The position numbers and the translations under genes are program-made. Of a DNA stretch of 64,000 nt, positions 20,681 through 30,856 are shown in pieces (within the stretch, counting starts at the first letter, position 1; each line of letters opens with the position of its first letter). This DNA is from Promethearchaeota archaeon (GTDB taxonomy: Archaea > Asgardarchaeota > Lokiarchaeia > Sigyniarchaeales > SOKP01): contig JBHLOC010000007.1 of the NCBI GenBank assembly GCA_048940925.1, forward strand, positions 32,001 through 96,000. The letters run 5' to 3'. The notes beneath the pieces were generated by a model, which did not search any database, was not told the origin of the DNA, and saw nothing but the letters and a program-made list of their open reading frames with translations.

Positions 20681-21283
20681 TTAGCGAAATTTCTTATACA
20701 TATTAAACACACTCAATGCCACATAGCCAAGCGCAGTAAATACAGTAAACCATTCTAAAATTGGAGTATTTATAAAGAAAACAAATAGTAAATTAATTAT
20801 AGCAACCATAATTCCATACAAAGCAATCCATTTCATGAATTTAGGATGGAAATACAATGTTAACGATGCTAAAACCAAAACAATAAGATTAACTTCAAAA
20901 AATACATTAGACCAATATATATGTGGAGAGGGAAAATCCTCGGAAAAAACACCAATCATTATTAATGCAAAACCAGAAAAAGATCCAATAAATTGAGTTA
21001 CTATTAAAAGTACTTTATACCATAAATCCTCTCTATACCATTTGTATAATCCTATAAAGAATGGAAATAGTATTATTCCGGTTAAGATACAGCCTAAATT
21101 ATATAAAACTGCGCCATTTGGATTATAGCTCGAATTACCTAGATCACTTAACCAATTATCGAAAGCGCTAAAAGGAGGGGGAAATAAAGCTAGAGATAAA
21201 AATGTAAACACACAATAAAAAGCTATCACCAAAATACCAGCATAACAACTAATAGGCCACTTTAATTTAAGATTTACTTTCAT
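20681..21283 (-). CDS. DUF998 family membrane protein
   Basis: NWLSDLG, GVFSE...H, LEW motifs. Confidence 0.75.
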   Translation of the reverse strand: MKVNLKLKWPISCYAGILVIAFYCVFTFLSLALFPPPFSAFDNWLSDLGNSSYNPNGAVLYNLGCILTGIILFPFFIGLYKWYREDLWYKVLLIVTQFIGSFSGFALIMIGVFSEDFPSPHIYWSNVFFEVNLIVLVLASLTLYFHPKFMKWIALYGIMVAIINLLFVFFINTPILEWFTVFTALGYVALSVFNMYKKFR

Positions 21284-21350
21284 ACAAATACTATATTAAT
21301 ACGTTTATTTTAAAGGCTATAATCAAGATTAATTTTTAATTTCTTTAGTT

Positions 21351-22376
21351 TTATTTGTCTGTTTCAATATCTATGGTCTCTTCTTCCAATTCATAAGGTT
21401 TTGATGGTTTTGACTTATCAAAGGGCTCATTGCAAACCCAGCACATATTTTCTGTATTACTAAGCTCTTCAGAACATTTAATACAATAAAGTGCGCTGCA
21501 TTTGGGGCAGATATAATTTATCCCCGATACATCTCCTTTACAAACAAGGCATATTTTTCTTTCACGATGGAATGTGACTTCTTCTTCTGTTATAAGTTCT
21601 GGTCTTTTAGTAAGTCTAAACAATGAATCTTCTATTTTAATCTCCTTTTTAACTTTTTTCTTTTCACGCTCTTCAGGTTCTTCTCTTAACCCCAAATATA
21701 CAAACAAGAAACTAGTCATAGCCCCTAGTCTAACTAAAATTAGAACTATACTTGACGTAAAACTATCTAGCATTCCAAATCCAACTACTAAAAAAACCGA
21801 TATTGACAAGTAGAAAAATTTTTTTCTGATTATGCCTTCCGATTTAAAAGCTTTATAAATATATCCAACTCCTGCAAAACATAGAAGTATAAGAAAATTA
21901 AGTAATCCTAAAAAACTGGAGATACTTGCGGGATTTAGTCCTGCTTTATGAATGAACCCCGTCTCAGGAGGTTCTATAAAAACAACGTTTCCTAAGGGAT
22001 TTAAAATTGTTCCGATCATTGTAAAGCTAACATAAGCAAAATATGGAATTAAAATATACCATCTCTTTTTGGGAGCAATGAATTCTGCTGCTATATAAAT
22101 TAAAAGAATACTAGCAATAGGGGCACTTAGCCACATTATATATACATAAAGAACTTTATTGATACTATTGGATGTTAACAATACAGAGAAAAAATCAACC
22201 ACAATTGGCATCCAAGCTGTAGCTACAAATATTTGACCTAAACTATAAAAAGTAAGAAGCCTAATTTTTAGTTTTCTTGATTTGTAGAAATAATAAATTC
22301 CTAAACTATAGCCAAATATAAGAATTCCAAAAGTAGATAAACCAATAAGCCAATCCTCACTAGAGAAATCAACCAT
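21351..22376 (-). CDS. Multi-pass (about 7 TM) membrane protein with C-terminal C4C4 zinc finger
   Basis: About 7 hydrophobic helices, a charged linker, then CLVC-x10-CPKC-x4-CIKC-x10-CWVC. Confidence 0.8.
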   Translation of the reverse strand: MVDFSSEDWLIGLSTFGILIFGYSLGIYYFYKSRKLKIRLLTFYSLGQIFVATAWMPIVVDFFSVLLTSNSINKVLYVYIMWLSAPIASILLIYIAAEFIAPKKRWYILIPYFAYVSFTMIGTILNPLGNVVFIEPPETGFIHKAGLNPASISSFLGLLNFLILLCFAGVGYIYKAFKSEGIIRKKFFYLSISVFLVVGFGMLDSFTSSIVLILVRLGAMTSFLFVYLGLREEPEEREKKKVKKEIKIEDSLFRLTKRPELITEEEVTFHRERKICLVCKGDVSGINYICPKCSALYCIKCSEELSNTENMCWVCNEPFDKSKPSKPYELEEETIDIETDK

Positions 22377-22524
22377 TGTAAAAATCGTCCTCTTTTTTTA
22401 TTAGATTCAGTTAATTAAATTTTATATATATAATTAGATTACTGAGTTTATAAATGTATTAATTAAAAGAGCTAAAATTTAGGATAAAAAAAAAAAGAGA
22501 ACCAATTATTAGAATCTCAATTTT

Positions 22525-23115
22525 TTAATAAACTTTAAAGATTACTTGTTCTATAGAACGTTTTGGCACATGCATGCGTCCTTCATCATCTTTCCAGTAT
22601 TTAAAAGAATCTTTATAGGATTCCATGACAGATTCTTCATCAGGATAACCTAGACTAATAACTTGCTTTATTTCGTAATATTCAGGAATTTCAAGCAATT
22701 CTCTAATTTTCTTTGCATTGATATTAGCCATCCAGCAACTTCCTATCCCAAAATTAAGAGCTCCAAGCAAAATATTTTCAACAGCAGCACCAACATCAAA
22801 ATCAACAAAAGATCTTTTAATTTTAGTATTTACAAGTACAATTATATAAGCAGTAGGTTCTCTTCCGCTTTCAGGAGTTCTCTGATCCTTAGGAAGCGAA
22901 CTTGCCCAATTCACTAATGGAAATAATTTTTGTCTCATTTTACTATTTTCTATAATAATAAATTCTAAAGCCTGGATATTGCTTGCCATAGGAGCAACAC
23001 GAGCAAAATCCACTAGTTTTTTTAAAATATCTAATGTAACTGGATCTTGTTTAAATCTTCTAATTGTTCGTCTTTTATATATAATTTCTTCAAAATTCAT
23101 TTTAGATTCCTTCAT
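22525..23115 (-). CDS. Nitroreductase family protein
   Basis: RRTIRRF, AP.ASN.Q, D.GAA.EN..L.A...GIGSCW, LGYP. Confidence 0.92.
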   Translation of the reverse strand: MKESKMNFEEIIYKRRTIRRFKQDPVTLDILKKLVDFARVAPMASNIQALEFIIIENSKMRQKLFPLVNWASSLPKDQRTPESGREPTAYIIVLVNTKIKRSFVDFDVGAAVENILLGALNFGIGSCWMANINAKKIRELLEIPEYYEIKQVISLGYPDEESVMESYKDSFKYWKDDEGRMHVPKRSIEQVIFKVY

Positions 23116-23116
23116 T

Positions 23117-24160
23117 TTATGGAGTTTTTGATTTAATTATTGTTTCTACAACCTTATTAAAACTTGATTCTACATTTTTTCCTGTTAAAGCAGAAGTTTC
23201 AATATATTCTAGCTTGAGTTCCTTAGCAACATTTAAAGCCTCTTCTCTTTTTATTATTCTTTCAGTAGCAAGATCTTCTTTATTACCTAAAATAAATCCT
23301 ACCAAGCCAGATTCACTTTTTAAAAAATTCTTTATATCTTTATACCAATTTGGTATGCTTTCAAAAGATTTACGATTTGTTAAGTCAAAAATAAGTATCA
23401 CTGCTTCGAGTCCCTTATAAAAGTGGCGTCGCATGATATTGAATTTTTCTTGACCAGCTATGTCCCAGAGAATTAATTTTACTACGTTGTTACTAATTTT
23501 TATATTTTTTTCTGATATATTGACTCCAAGCGTAGGAATATATGTTCTTCTAAAAGCATTATCAGTAAAACGTAAAATTGTAGATGTTTTTCCTACTTCT
23601 GGGTCTCCACACACAATTATTTTGAAAATATAGATAGATTCTACTTCCTCTTTAGTTTTACCTTGAGGAAAAGCTTCTGAATCTAATAATGCTGTTTCTT
23701 TTTCTTGTAAGTCTTTTAAAATTTCAGAAATTCTACTATGAAGATTATTAATTTCAAAATAGATTTGATCACTCTTAACCCTTTGAGTTTCTAATTCAAC
23801 AATCTTATCAGCACTCTCACAAATTGTAGAATCAAGATACTCTAGATATTTATAGAAGATAATATCATGTGCTTCATCAAATAATAAAGCGATTGAAGAT
23901 ATTGCAACCTTTCCACGACGACTTTTATCTTCTCGTTCAATATATTTAATAATGCCTTTTAATTTGAATGAGGGAAAAGGCATAATTACTAGAGAACTTG
24001 GTATTACTCCATTATCTGTGGTAAGCATTGTAATTATCTTAATGCTTACGGACATGCGGATTTTCTCAGATAAATCAAGTGGATACCAAAGTAGAGGATT
24101 TGGACCCACATTTTCATCTAGTGTCGTGTAAATTATTGAGTTAATTATATCTTCCGACAT
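23117..24160 (-). CDS. Rab-like small GTPase with N-terminal longin/uDENN-like domain
   Basis: G1 GDPEVGKT, G2 YIPTLG, G3 WDIAGQE, G4 NKED, G5 ETSAL. The ~170-aa N-terminal extension starts with a beta-strand-LDENVGP motif. Confidence 0.88.
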   Translation of the reverse strand: MSEDIINSIIYTTLDENVGPNPLLWYPLDLSEKIRMSVSIKIITMLTTDNGVIPSSLVIMPFPSFKLKGIIKYIEREDKSRRGKVAISSIALLFDEAHDIIFYKYLEYLDSTICESADKIVELETQRVKSDQIYFEINNLHSRISEILKDLQEKETALLDSEAFPQGKTKEEVESIYIFKIIVCGDPEVGKTSTILRFTDNAFRRTYIPTLGVNISEKNIKISNNVVKLILWDIAGQEKFNIMRRHFYKGLEAVILIFDLTNRKSFESIPNWYKDIKNFLKSESGLVGFILGNKEDLATERIIKREEALNVAKELKLEYIETSALTGKNVESSFNKVVETIIKSKTP

Positions 24161-24385
24161 TATTAGCTGTAAATATTGAATATATCTAGTAAGATTTTAC
24201 CCTTTATTGATTTTTCTGTATTGAATATGATAAATTGAAGATTCATTAAAATTCTAATTATATTATGCTAATATTAAGAATTCTTCGTAAAAGGTCTGTT
24301 TCACGAAGTATTAAAATAGGATTTTTAACATTTTTAAATAAATTTTTATTTAATAGTTTTAATTTTAAAATGAAAATAAGAAGGA

Positions 24386-25210
24386 ATGATAATGACAGTT
24401 ATTCTTAGAAATCCAAATGATTCAGAAATTATACATGCAATTGAGTATAATTCATACGAATGTATGAAAAATATGATGAATGAATATAAAGATAAATTTC
24501 AGAATCTTAAGGATATAGAATATGAAGAGAGCGAAGAGTACTTCAAAGTTTATTCCGGAATTCCATTTCCTATGGCCAATGGAGTGATTAATACTAAACT
24601 TACTTCTGAAATTGCTGAGAAAAAAATTAACCAAATTATTACTTATTTTGAAGATAAGAATATTCCATTTGCTTGGGTGGTTGGTCCATCAAGTGAACCA
24701 AAAGATTTAGGAGAGTTGTTAGCAAATAAAGGATTTATTCCAGTACAAAAAGCCCCAGGGATGGCTTGTAATCTTAAAAATTTAATTTACAAAACTGAGC
24801 CTTTAGTTAATTTAAAAATAGTGAAGGTTAAAAATTTTGAGATGTTGAAATTATGGGCAGATGTATGCATAACTGCTGCAGAGTGGCCAAAAGAATTATT
24901 ACTCGATCTTTGGCTTACTATAAGTTCACCCGATAATGCGTTTTTGGCTTATTATGATGGCAAACCTGTTGCTACCTCTTATGTATTTTATGGTGCTGGT
25001 GTTGCAGGGATTTATAATGTTGGGACATTGGAGGATGTAAGAAATAAAGGAATTGGTACCGCTATATCGTTAGCACCCCTATATCAAGCTAAGAAATTAG
25101 GATATGAAATTGCTATTTTACAATCTTCTGAAATGGGATTAAATATATATAAAAAAATAGGATTCAAAGAATATTGTAAAATGGAGACATTTATTTGGAG
25201 TCCTAGTTAA
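24386..25210 (+). CDS. GNAT family N-acetyltransferase
   Basis: GIYNVGT...RNKGIG, LQSS.MG..IYKKIGF. Confidence 0.9.
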   Translation: MIMTVILRNPNDSEIIHAIEYNSYECMKNMMNEYKDKFQNLKDIEYEESEEYFKVYSGIPFPMANGVINTKLTSEIAEKKINQIITYFEDKNIPFAWVVGPSSEPKDLGELLANKGFIPVQKAPGMACNLKNLIYKTEPLVNLKIVKVKNFEMLKLWADVCITAAEWPKELLLDLWLTISSPDNAFLAYYDGKPVATSYVFYGAGVAGIYNVGTLEDVRNKGIGTAISLAPLYQAKKLGYEIAILQSSEMGLNIYKKIGFKEYCKMETFIWSPS

Positions 25211-25360
25211 ACACCATAAATTAAATGTAAATATTTTGAATTATTAAGTCTCTAATTTGAATTTCTGATGGTACACCCATAATTAAAATTATTTTTAAAT
25301 GATTTACAAATTGAGTTTTTAAAAAAAAAAATAAATTTAATAATTTAAGATTGAAGCCAT

Positions 25361-26296
25361 TTAGGAGTTTATTTTATGTAGTTTTTTGAGTTTAAAAAGC
25401 ATAAATACTGAGATTGTACTTATAATTCCAATTAGTAAGAATAGGTCATAACCAGGAATCATACTTTTAGAATCTTCAGAAAACTTAATTATTTCATAAT
25501 TTTCAAATGGTTCTACCAATGGGTATCTATCAATGAGTAATTCATATGAATCATAATAAATCTGGGGATCATCTCCGATACCATCATTATTATTATCAGT
25601 ATTTTGGCTAAGACCAGCCCAGTAATTACCTAAATATTTATCAAATGTATTACCCTTATATATGTAAGTTGCTTTTTTTGGTGAATGAAACCTATAGGCT
25701 GTCTCATCTTTTATTAAAATAAAAAGATCCATCTGTTTACCCATAAGATTATTGAGATACATAATTGTCCCGTAACAGATTCCAAGATATAAACCTCTCT
25801 TACCCGTCAACCTATTTCCCATAATGATATTATTATCACTTCGATTTAAGAAAAATCCAAAAGCGTCTCCAGTTACATTATTATTAATTAATTGCCCATT
25901 ATCAACATCAATTAATTTAACTCCGGCATCATAGTATTCATCTCCAGTATTATTAAAATAACAATTTTCTATCTTAAAATACTCATCAGAGTTTTCAATC
26001 AGTATGCAACTTCCTGATGCTCCACCATCTATTTCTAAATTTTCTATAACATAAGGACTGGACTCTTTACCTGAACCTGTACATATTCCTGCAGATTTAG
26101 TGTCAGACCAATTATTATCAATGTGAATTTTCTCGAAATTTTTAGAGACTTTTAAATTTTCGTTATTAATATTAGAACTTGGGTTACTTTCCGTCTTAAT
26201 ACATAGATTATTGTTAACTATAGTTATGGAGGATATAACAAAGATAACTCCTAAAGTCAATAGAATAAATATTTTCATTTTCGAATGCAAATTCAT
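25361..26296 (-). CDS. Cell-surface NosD/right-handed beta-helix protein with Loki-CTERM-like anchor
   Basis: N-terminal hydrophobic signal, CTGSG...PYVIEN..IDG module, GNYW...D.N.DGIGD.P, C-terminal IPGY-TM-KLKK. Confidence 0.8.
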   Translation of the reverse strand: MNLHSKMKIFILLTLGVIFVISSITIVNNNLCIKTESNPSSNINNENLKVSKNFEKIHIDNNWSDTKSAGICTGSGKESSPYVIENLEIDGGASGSCILIENSDEYFKIENCYFNNTGDEYYDAGVKLIDVDNGQLINNNVTGDAFGFFLNRSDNNIIMGNRLTGKRGLYLGICYGTIMYLNNLMGKQMDLFILIKDETAYRFHSPKKATYIYKGNTFDKYLGNYWAGLSQNTDNNNDGIGDDPQIYYDSYELLIDRYPLVEPFENYEIIKFSEDSKSMIPGYDLFLLIGIISTISVFMLFKLKKLHKINS

Positions 26297-26426
26297 AGAA
26301 TTTCACTTAAAATAAATTAAGTTTTATTGTATTTTGATAATTCTCTGTCTTAGAGTAATATTTATATTTTTTTATCATAGATTTCATTATTCTAAATTTA
26401 ATAAATTATCAAATTATTTCATAATC

Positions 26427-27293
26427 ATGAAAAAAAAATGGTATAAAGGAAAAGTATTTGTTATAACTGGCGCTGCTGGAGATATTGGTTCTGAGGTCTG
26501 TCGTATTTTCGCGCCATTAGGGATGAGAATGTATCTGTTAGATCTTCCCAATACTCCATTGAATGGATTAAAAATAGAATTACAAGAATTAGGGGCTGAA
26601 TATGTCGAGACTTATGAGTTTGATCTAACAAATCGAATACAAGTAGAATCGGTAATCAAGGAGATTGGTGAAAAGGAACACTATATTGACATTCTACATA
26701 ATAATGCAGGTATCGGTTCGACTTGTTCAATAACTAATGGTGGGTCATTTGAAGAATATCGAAAGCTTATGTCAATAAATGTGGATGGAATATGGCTTGT
26801 ACTTCAAGCTGCGCTTCCTTACATAGGACGTCCTGCACCAAAAAGAAAATTTTCAGAACGAAAAGAAGGGCAACTCATATTTACTTCAAGTTCAGCAGGT
26901 AAAACGGGTATTCCTGGCATGGCAGCATATAGTATGAGTAAATATGCTATAATTGGATTAGCAAACTCTCTTAGGTTAGAATATAGAGTGCAAAATCATA
27001 ATATTCAGGTGATAACAATATGTCCTGCACCAGCAAAAACAAAATTCTGGAATGCAACTTCTGGTTTGAAAGAATGGATTGAAAAATACAAAAAGATGGG
27101 TTTTCTTTACAAGTTTGTTGATGTTAAAAATATTGCGAAAACAATTCTAAAGGCATCACGTAAATATAAAAGAGAAGTTTTTGTTCCTCGATGGTGGTGG
27201 TTATTAGCATATTTGCAACTTAATAGTCATAAAGCTGTTGGAACATTATTAATAAAAATTGAAAAAAAAAAGGCAAATTTGCTTAAAAATTAG
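26427..27293 (+). CDS. Short-chain dehydrogenase/reductase
   Basis: ITGAAGDIG, NNAG, Y..SK. Start moved to the ATG at 26427 (MKKKWYKGK); the upstream extension looks non-coding. Confidence 0.88.
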   Translation: MKKKWYKGKVFVITGAAGDIGSEVCRIFAPLGMRMYLLDLPNTPLNGLKIELQELGAEYVETYEFDLTNRIQVESVIKEIGEKEHYIDILHNNAGIGSTCSITNGGSFEEYRKLMSINVDGIWLVLQAALPYIGRPAPKRKFSERKEGQLIFTSSSAGKTGIPGMAAYSMSKYAIIGLANSLRLEYRVQNHNIQVITICPAPAKTKFWNATSGLKEWIEKYKKMGFLYKFVDVKNIAKTILKASRKYKREVFVPRWWWLLAYLQLNSHKAVGTLLIKIEKKKANLLKN

Positions 27294-27403
27294 ATTTTTC
27301 ACATTTATCTTTTTTTTTTTAGGTTATTTAAAATATAAAAATACTTGCTAATTCAAATGTTAATAAAAAAAAAGTAATTCAATGGTATGTTTTTCTAGTT
27401 TAA

Positions 27404-28879
27404 TTACTTTTTTTTATTTATCAAATAAGTAAGCCCAATTATGCTGTTTACAATAATCACGATTAGAATCAAAAAACTATATCCCGAAATAGCTGGAAGC
27501 CCACCCTTCTTTTCAGGAGTTTCAGTAAATTTTGCTAGAAACATTTTATAATCTGTTGTTCCTGAGCTAAAATTGTGTCCTGCAACAAAATAGTTACCAG
27601 AAAAATCAGTATATAAATCAACGCATTGTAAAGATCTTGAAAATGCCTTTATCGGTTCCCCCCATTTAAAATACCATTGTTGAGCACCTGTATTATTGTA
27701 TTTAACTATAAAAATATCGCTTTTGGATCCCCTATCAGATCCCCCAATATAAAGATTTTCTGAAGAATCAAAAATTATTGATGAAGAAACCTCATCATTC
27801 GGTCCAATTAAACTGCGATTCCATTTTAAATTTCCTGAACTATCGAATTTCATTATAAACATATCAAATTCATATTGATCCAACATCTCGCTTCCAGTAA
27901 GATAAAGATTATTCAAATCATCAATTATTAAAGAAAGAGTTCCACCTAATATATCCGTTTCTATACAAGAAACATTCCATAATCGAGTACCATTAGTATC
28001 GAACTTTACAAGTGTAATATTACAATAATTTTGGTTATATTCATTACAACGTTTTCCAATAGTATAGACGTTATTTAAAGAATCTGAAACTAATGCATCA
28101 TAAAAACTTAAAGACTTCCAAGTAGTATTTGATAATAGATCACCAGAACTACTAAATTTCAATAAAAGATCATCAAAATCAGTAGAACCTCCAAGATAGA
28201 CGTTATTTGAAGAATCTGTGATTATTGAATATACACAATCATCACCAGATTTACCCCAAGTTCGATTCCAAAGCTGATTTCCGTCTTTATTATACTTTAC
28301 TAAAAAAATGTCATAACCATAGATAAGCCCAGTAATATAGATATTATCTGAAGAATCTATTGTCATTCCATAACAAGAAGCGAATCCTTCTACACCCTCC
28401 CAAATCTGTTCCCATTCTAATATACCCTCATTATTAAATTTCAAGAGATAAGAGAATTTTGAACCATTGCTGAATGTTGATCCTGCTATATATATATTGT
28501 CTTTTGAATCCAAAACCATATCAGTAAACATCTCTGCTTCGTTACCCCCCCATGTTGTATTCTGCCCAATGATCCATGTTCCTAACTCACTAATAGATTC
28601 ATTCAATTTGACTAAAAATATATCATGGTCTCCACTTTCCTCTATATATGTTTCCCCTGCAATGAAAATGTTTTGTGAAGAATCTACAACCATTCGACCC
28701 ATTTTAGCAAATTTATATCCAGACCAAACTTGAGTCCATTTATGTTGTAATTCATCAGATTTGGTTGAAGATGATTTTATGATGCAAACTGCAAAACTCG
28801 GCATTAGGAAGAGATTAAATATAAATATTATTAAGAAAATTAATTCTAATCTATTTTTTCTATTTTTCATGAATTTCAC
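27404..28879 (-). CDS. Cell-surface beta-propeller (SBBP-repeat) protein with Loki-CTERM-like anchor
   Basis: Repeats of DS..NIY..G....D.FL.K....G...W...WG; C-terminal ISGY-TM-KKK. Confidence 0.8.
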   Translation of the reverse strand: MKFMKNRKNRLELIFLIIFIFNLFLMPSFAVCIIKSSSTKSDELQHKWTQVWSGYKFAKMGRMVVDSSQNIFIAGETYIEESGDHDIFLVKLNESISELGTWIIGQNTTWGGNEAEMFTDMVLDSKDNIYIAGSTFSNGSKFSYLLKFNNEGILEWEQIWEGVEGFASCYGMTIDSSDNIYITGLIYGYDIFLVKYNKDGNQLWNRTWGKSGDDCVYSIITDSSNNVYLGGSTDFDDLLLKFSSSGDLLSNTTWKSLSFYDALVSDSLNNVYTIGKRCNEYNQNYCNITLVKFDTNGTRLWNVSCIETDILGGTLSLIIDDLNNLYLTGSEMLDQYEFDMFIMKFDSSGNLKWNRSLIGPNDEVSSSIIFDSSENLYIGGSDRGSKSDIFIVKYNNTGAQQWYFKWGEPIKAFSRSLQCVDLYTDFSGNYFVAGHNFSSGTTDYKMFLAKFTETPEKKGGLPAISGYSFLILIVIIVNSIIGLTYLINKKK

Positions 28880-28990
28880 CTTTATTAAGATTATTTAATA
28901 TGATATTAACAGAACATAATATCAAAAGAAACTTAAGTAAAATTTATATAAAAATTTATCCATTTATGTAAATAGCAGAATATAGGAAAT

Positions 28991-29521
28991 ATGATTAGAT
29001 TTATGTATTATAGAGAAGCAATTATAAACGATGTTGCAGAAATTGTTAACGTTAAGGTAGACATATAGAAAACTGGCATATAAGGAGATTATTTCAAATA
29101 AATATCTTCAGAATATATCATATGAAGAGAATGAATTAAAATGGAAAAAAAGATTTGAGAATCTAAATAATAAATCAATTATATACGTAGCTGAAACAGA
29201 AAATCAAAAGATTGTAGGTTTTGCTTTAGCTCATTTAGAAAAAATCAATCCCATACCAGATTTACTTCAAATAAAAAAATTAGTAGGGGAATTAGGTGCA
29301 ATTTATGTTTTAAAAGAATTTCAGGGCAAAAAGATAAGAACTAAATTGGTTTAAAAAGTGGTATGATAGTATGGGTATTAAGAGATAATCCTTATCGTAG
29401 TTTTTTTGAAAAATTAGGAGGTAATTATTTAGGAGATCAATTTATTGAAATAGGATAAACTAAATATATTGAGGTTTCTTACGGGGGGGAAAATATTAAA
29501 CTAATTCTCAAGAAAATTTAG
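28991..29521 (+). pseudogene. Disrupted GNAT acetyltransferase
   Basis: Pieces across frames: MYYREAIINDVAEIVNVKVDI*K / AYKEIISNKYL...YVAETENQKIVGFA...ELGAIYVLKEFQGKKI / MVWVLRDNPYRSFFEKLGG. Several stops and frameshifts. Confidence 0.8.
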
Positions 29522-29576
29522 TTTTTTTATAAACATTAATAGATAACAACATTGGTGCTAATTGATTATTACCCAT

Positions 29577-30008
29577 CTAAAATGAAACTATTTGTAATTC
29601 TTCTATAGAATTAGCTATTCCTCTTAAAATACAGTTTTTATTACGATAATTATTAAAATTAAGTTTGCAACCTTTTAGAATTATGCAATTATCTAATTTG
29701 AAATTATTGCCAATTTTCACATCATCTAATATTATAGAATTAGATATTTCTACATAATCTCCAATTTCTGAATTATTACCAATATAAATATTTGGTCCAA
29801 TGAGCACATCATCACCAATCTTGACTCTATCTCCAAGAACTACTGGTTCCATAAATGTAGGATAATCCCCAATATAATTATCTATCTTCAATCCTTTAAC
29901 ATGTATCTTTAGAAATTCAATCATTAACGCCTGAATTTTTTCAGGCTCTATTTCTTGTCTACTAAGTAATTGCTCTAATTGGGTTAATAACTCTTTCATT
30001 TCTATCAT
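29577..30008 (-). CDS. Left-handed beta-helix (hexapeptide repeat) protein resembling the C-terminal domain of NDP-sugar pyrophosphorylases
   Basis: PVVLGDRVKIGDDVLIGPNIYIGNNSEIG...NSII repeats. Confidence 0.75.
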   Translation of the reverse strand: MIEMKELLTQLEQLLSRQEIEPEKIQALMIEFLKIHVKGLKIDNYIGDYPTFMEPVVLGDRVKIGDDVLIGPNIYIGNNSEIGDYVEISNSIILDDVKIGNNFKLDNCIILKGCKLNFNNYRNKNCILRGIANSIEELQIVSF

Positions 30009-30020
30009 TCTAAAATAATT

Positions 30021-30749
30021 TTATAAATCTAATTTTTCAATCAATTTTTCAATATTCAAACCAGTTTTAGCACTTGTAGTAATAACTTCTATATCTGGAT
30101 TTATTTCTTTTGCATCCTGAACCATTTTCTTGACATTAGTCCCTAATCTTTCAGCTAAATCGATTTTATTTATAACAGCAATTTGCGACATTTTAAAAAG
30201 CATCGGGTGTTTTTCTACAACCCATTCACCTTCAGTAGTAGATACAATTGTGATTCTTTTATCAGTACCAAGCATGAAATCAGAGGGACAAATTAAATTT
30301 CCTACATTCTCGATAAATAGCAAATCATAATTATTCAAATCTTTATTTTGTATGATTTGGTGTATGTGATAAGCATTTAAAGCACATTCTCGTCCAGTAT
30401 TGATTTGAATAGTTTCAGCATTATGAGATTGAATTCTATCAGCATCTACTCTTGTAGTTATGTCCCCACAGATCACTAATATTCTATATTTTGCTGACAA
30501 AATTTCAACCATTTTCTCGATAATCGCTGTTTTCCCAGCACCAATAGCTCCAACAATATCAATCGATTTTATATTATATTGCTTCAATTCCTGGTTAATC
30601 TGTTGGGCCAAGCGATCATTATCTTTTTCGATTTCCCTTTTAGTTTGAACTACAAAATCTCTGATCTCATCTGTAGCTAAATTTATACTCTCTAATTCTT
30701 TAATCCTTTGAACTTCTTGTTTTCTTTTTTCTGGCATTTGTAATATCAA
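30021..30749 (-). CDS. hypB: Hydrogenase nickel-incorporation GTPase HypB
   Basis: GAGKT, GD..T..DA.RI, INTG.EC, ENVGNLICP..F.LG, INKID. Confidence 0.92.
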   Translation of the reverse strand: MILQMPEKRKQEVQRIKELESINLATDEIRDFVVQTKREIEKDNDRLAQQINQELKQYNIKSIDIVGAIGAGKTAIIEKMVEILSAKYRILVICGDITTRVDADRIQSHNAETIQINTGRECALNAYHIHQIIQNKDLNNYDLLFIENVGNLICPSDFMLGTDKRITIVSTTEGEWVVEKHPMLFKMSQIAVINKIDLAERLGTNVKKMVQDAKEINPDIEVITTSAKTGLNIEKLIEKLDL

Positions 30750-30856
30750 ATACTATGCAGACTATAAGACTTACTTTTATAAATTAAATATTCAAAAAAA
30801 ATTATTTGATAAGTCTTCTAAATTTATATATTTAGGATTTCTCATCATTTTTCAGT

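Noticed and set aside
29050-29075. TAG in the GNAT remnant as pyrrolysine readthrough or programmed recoding
   Set aside because: It falls where Trp (TGG) is expected and is accompanied by further stops and frameshifts, which fits decay.
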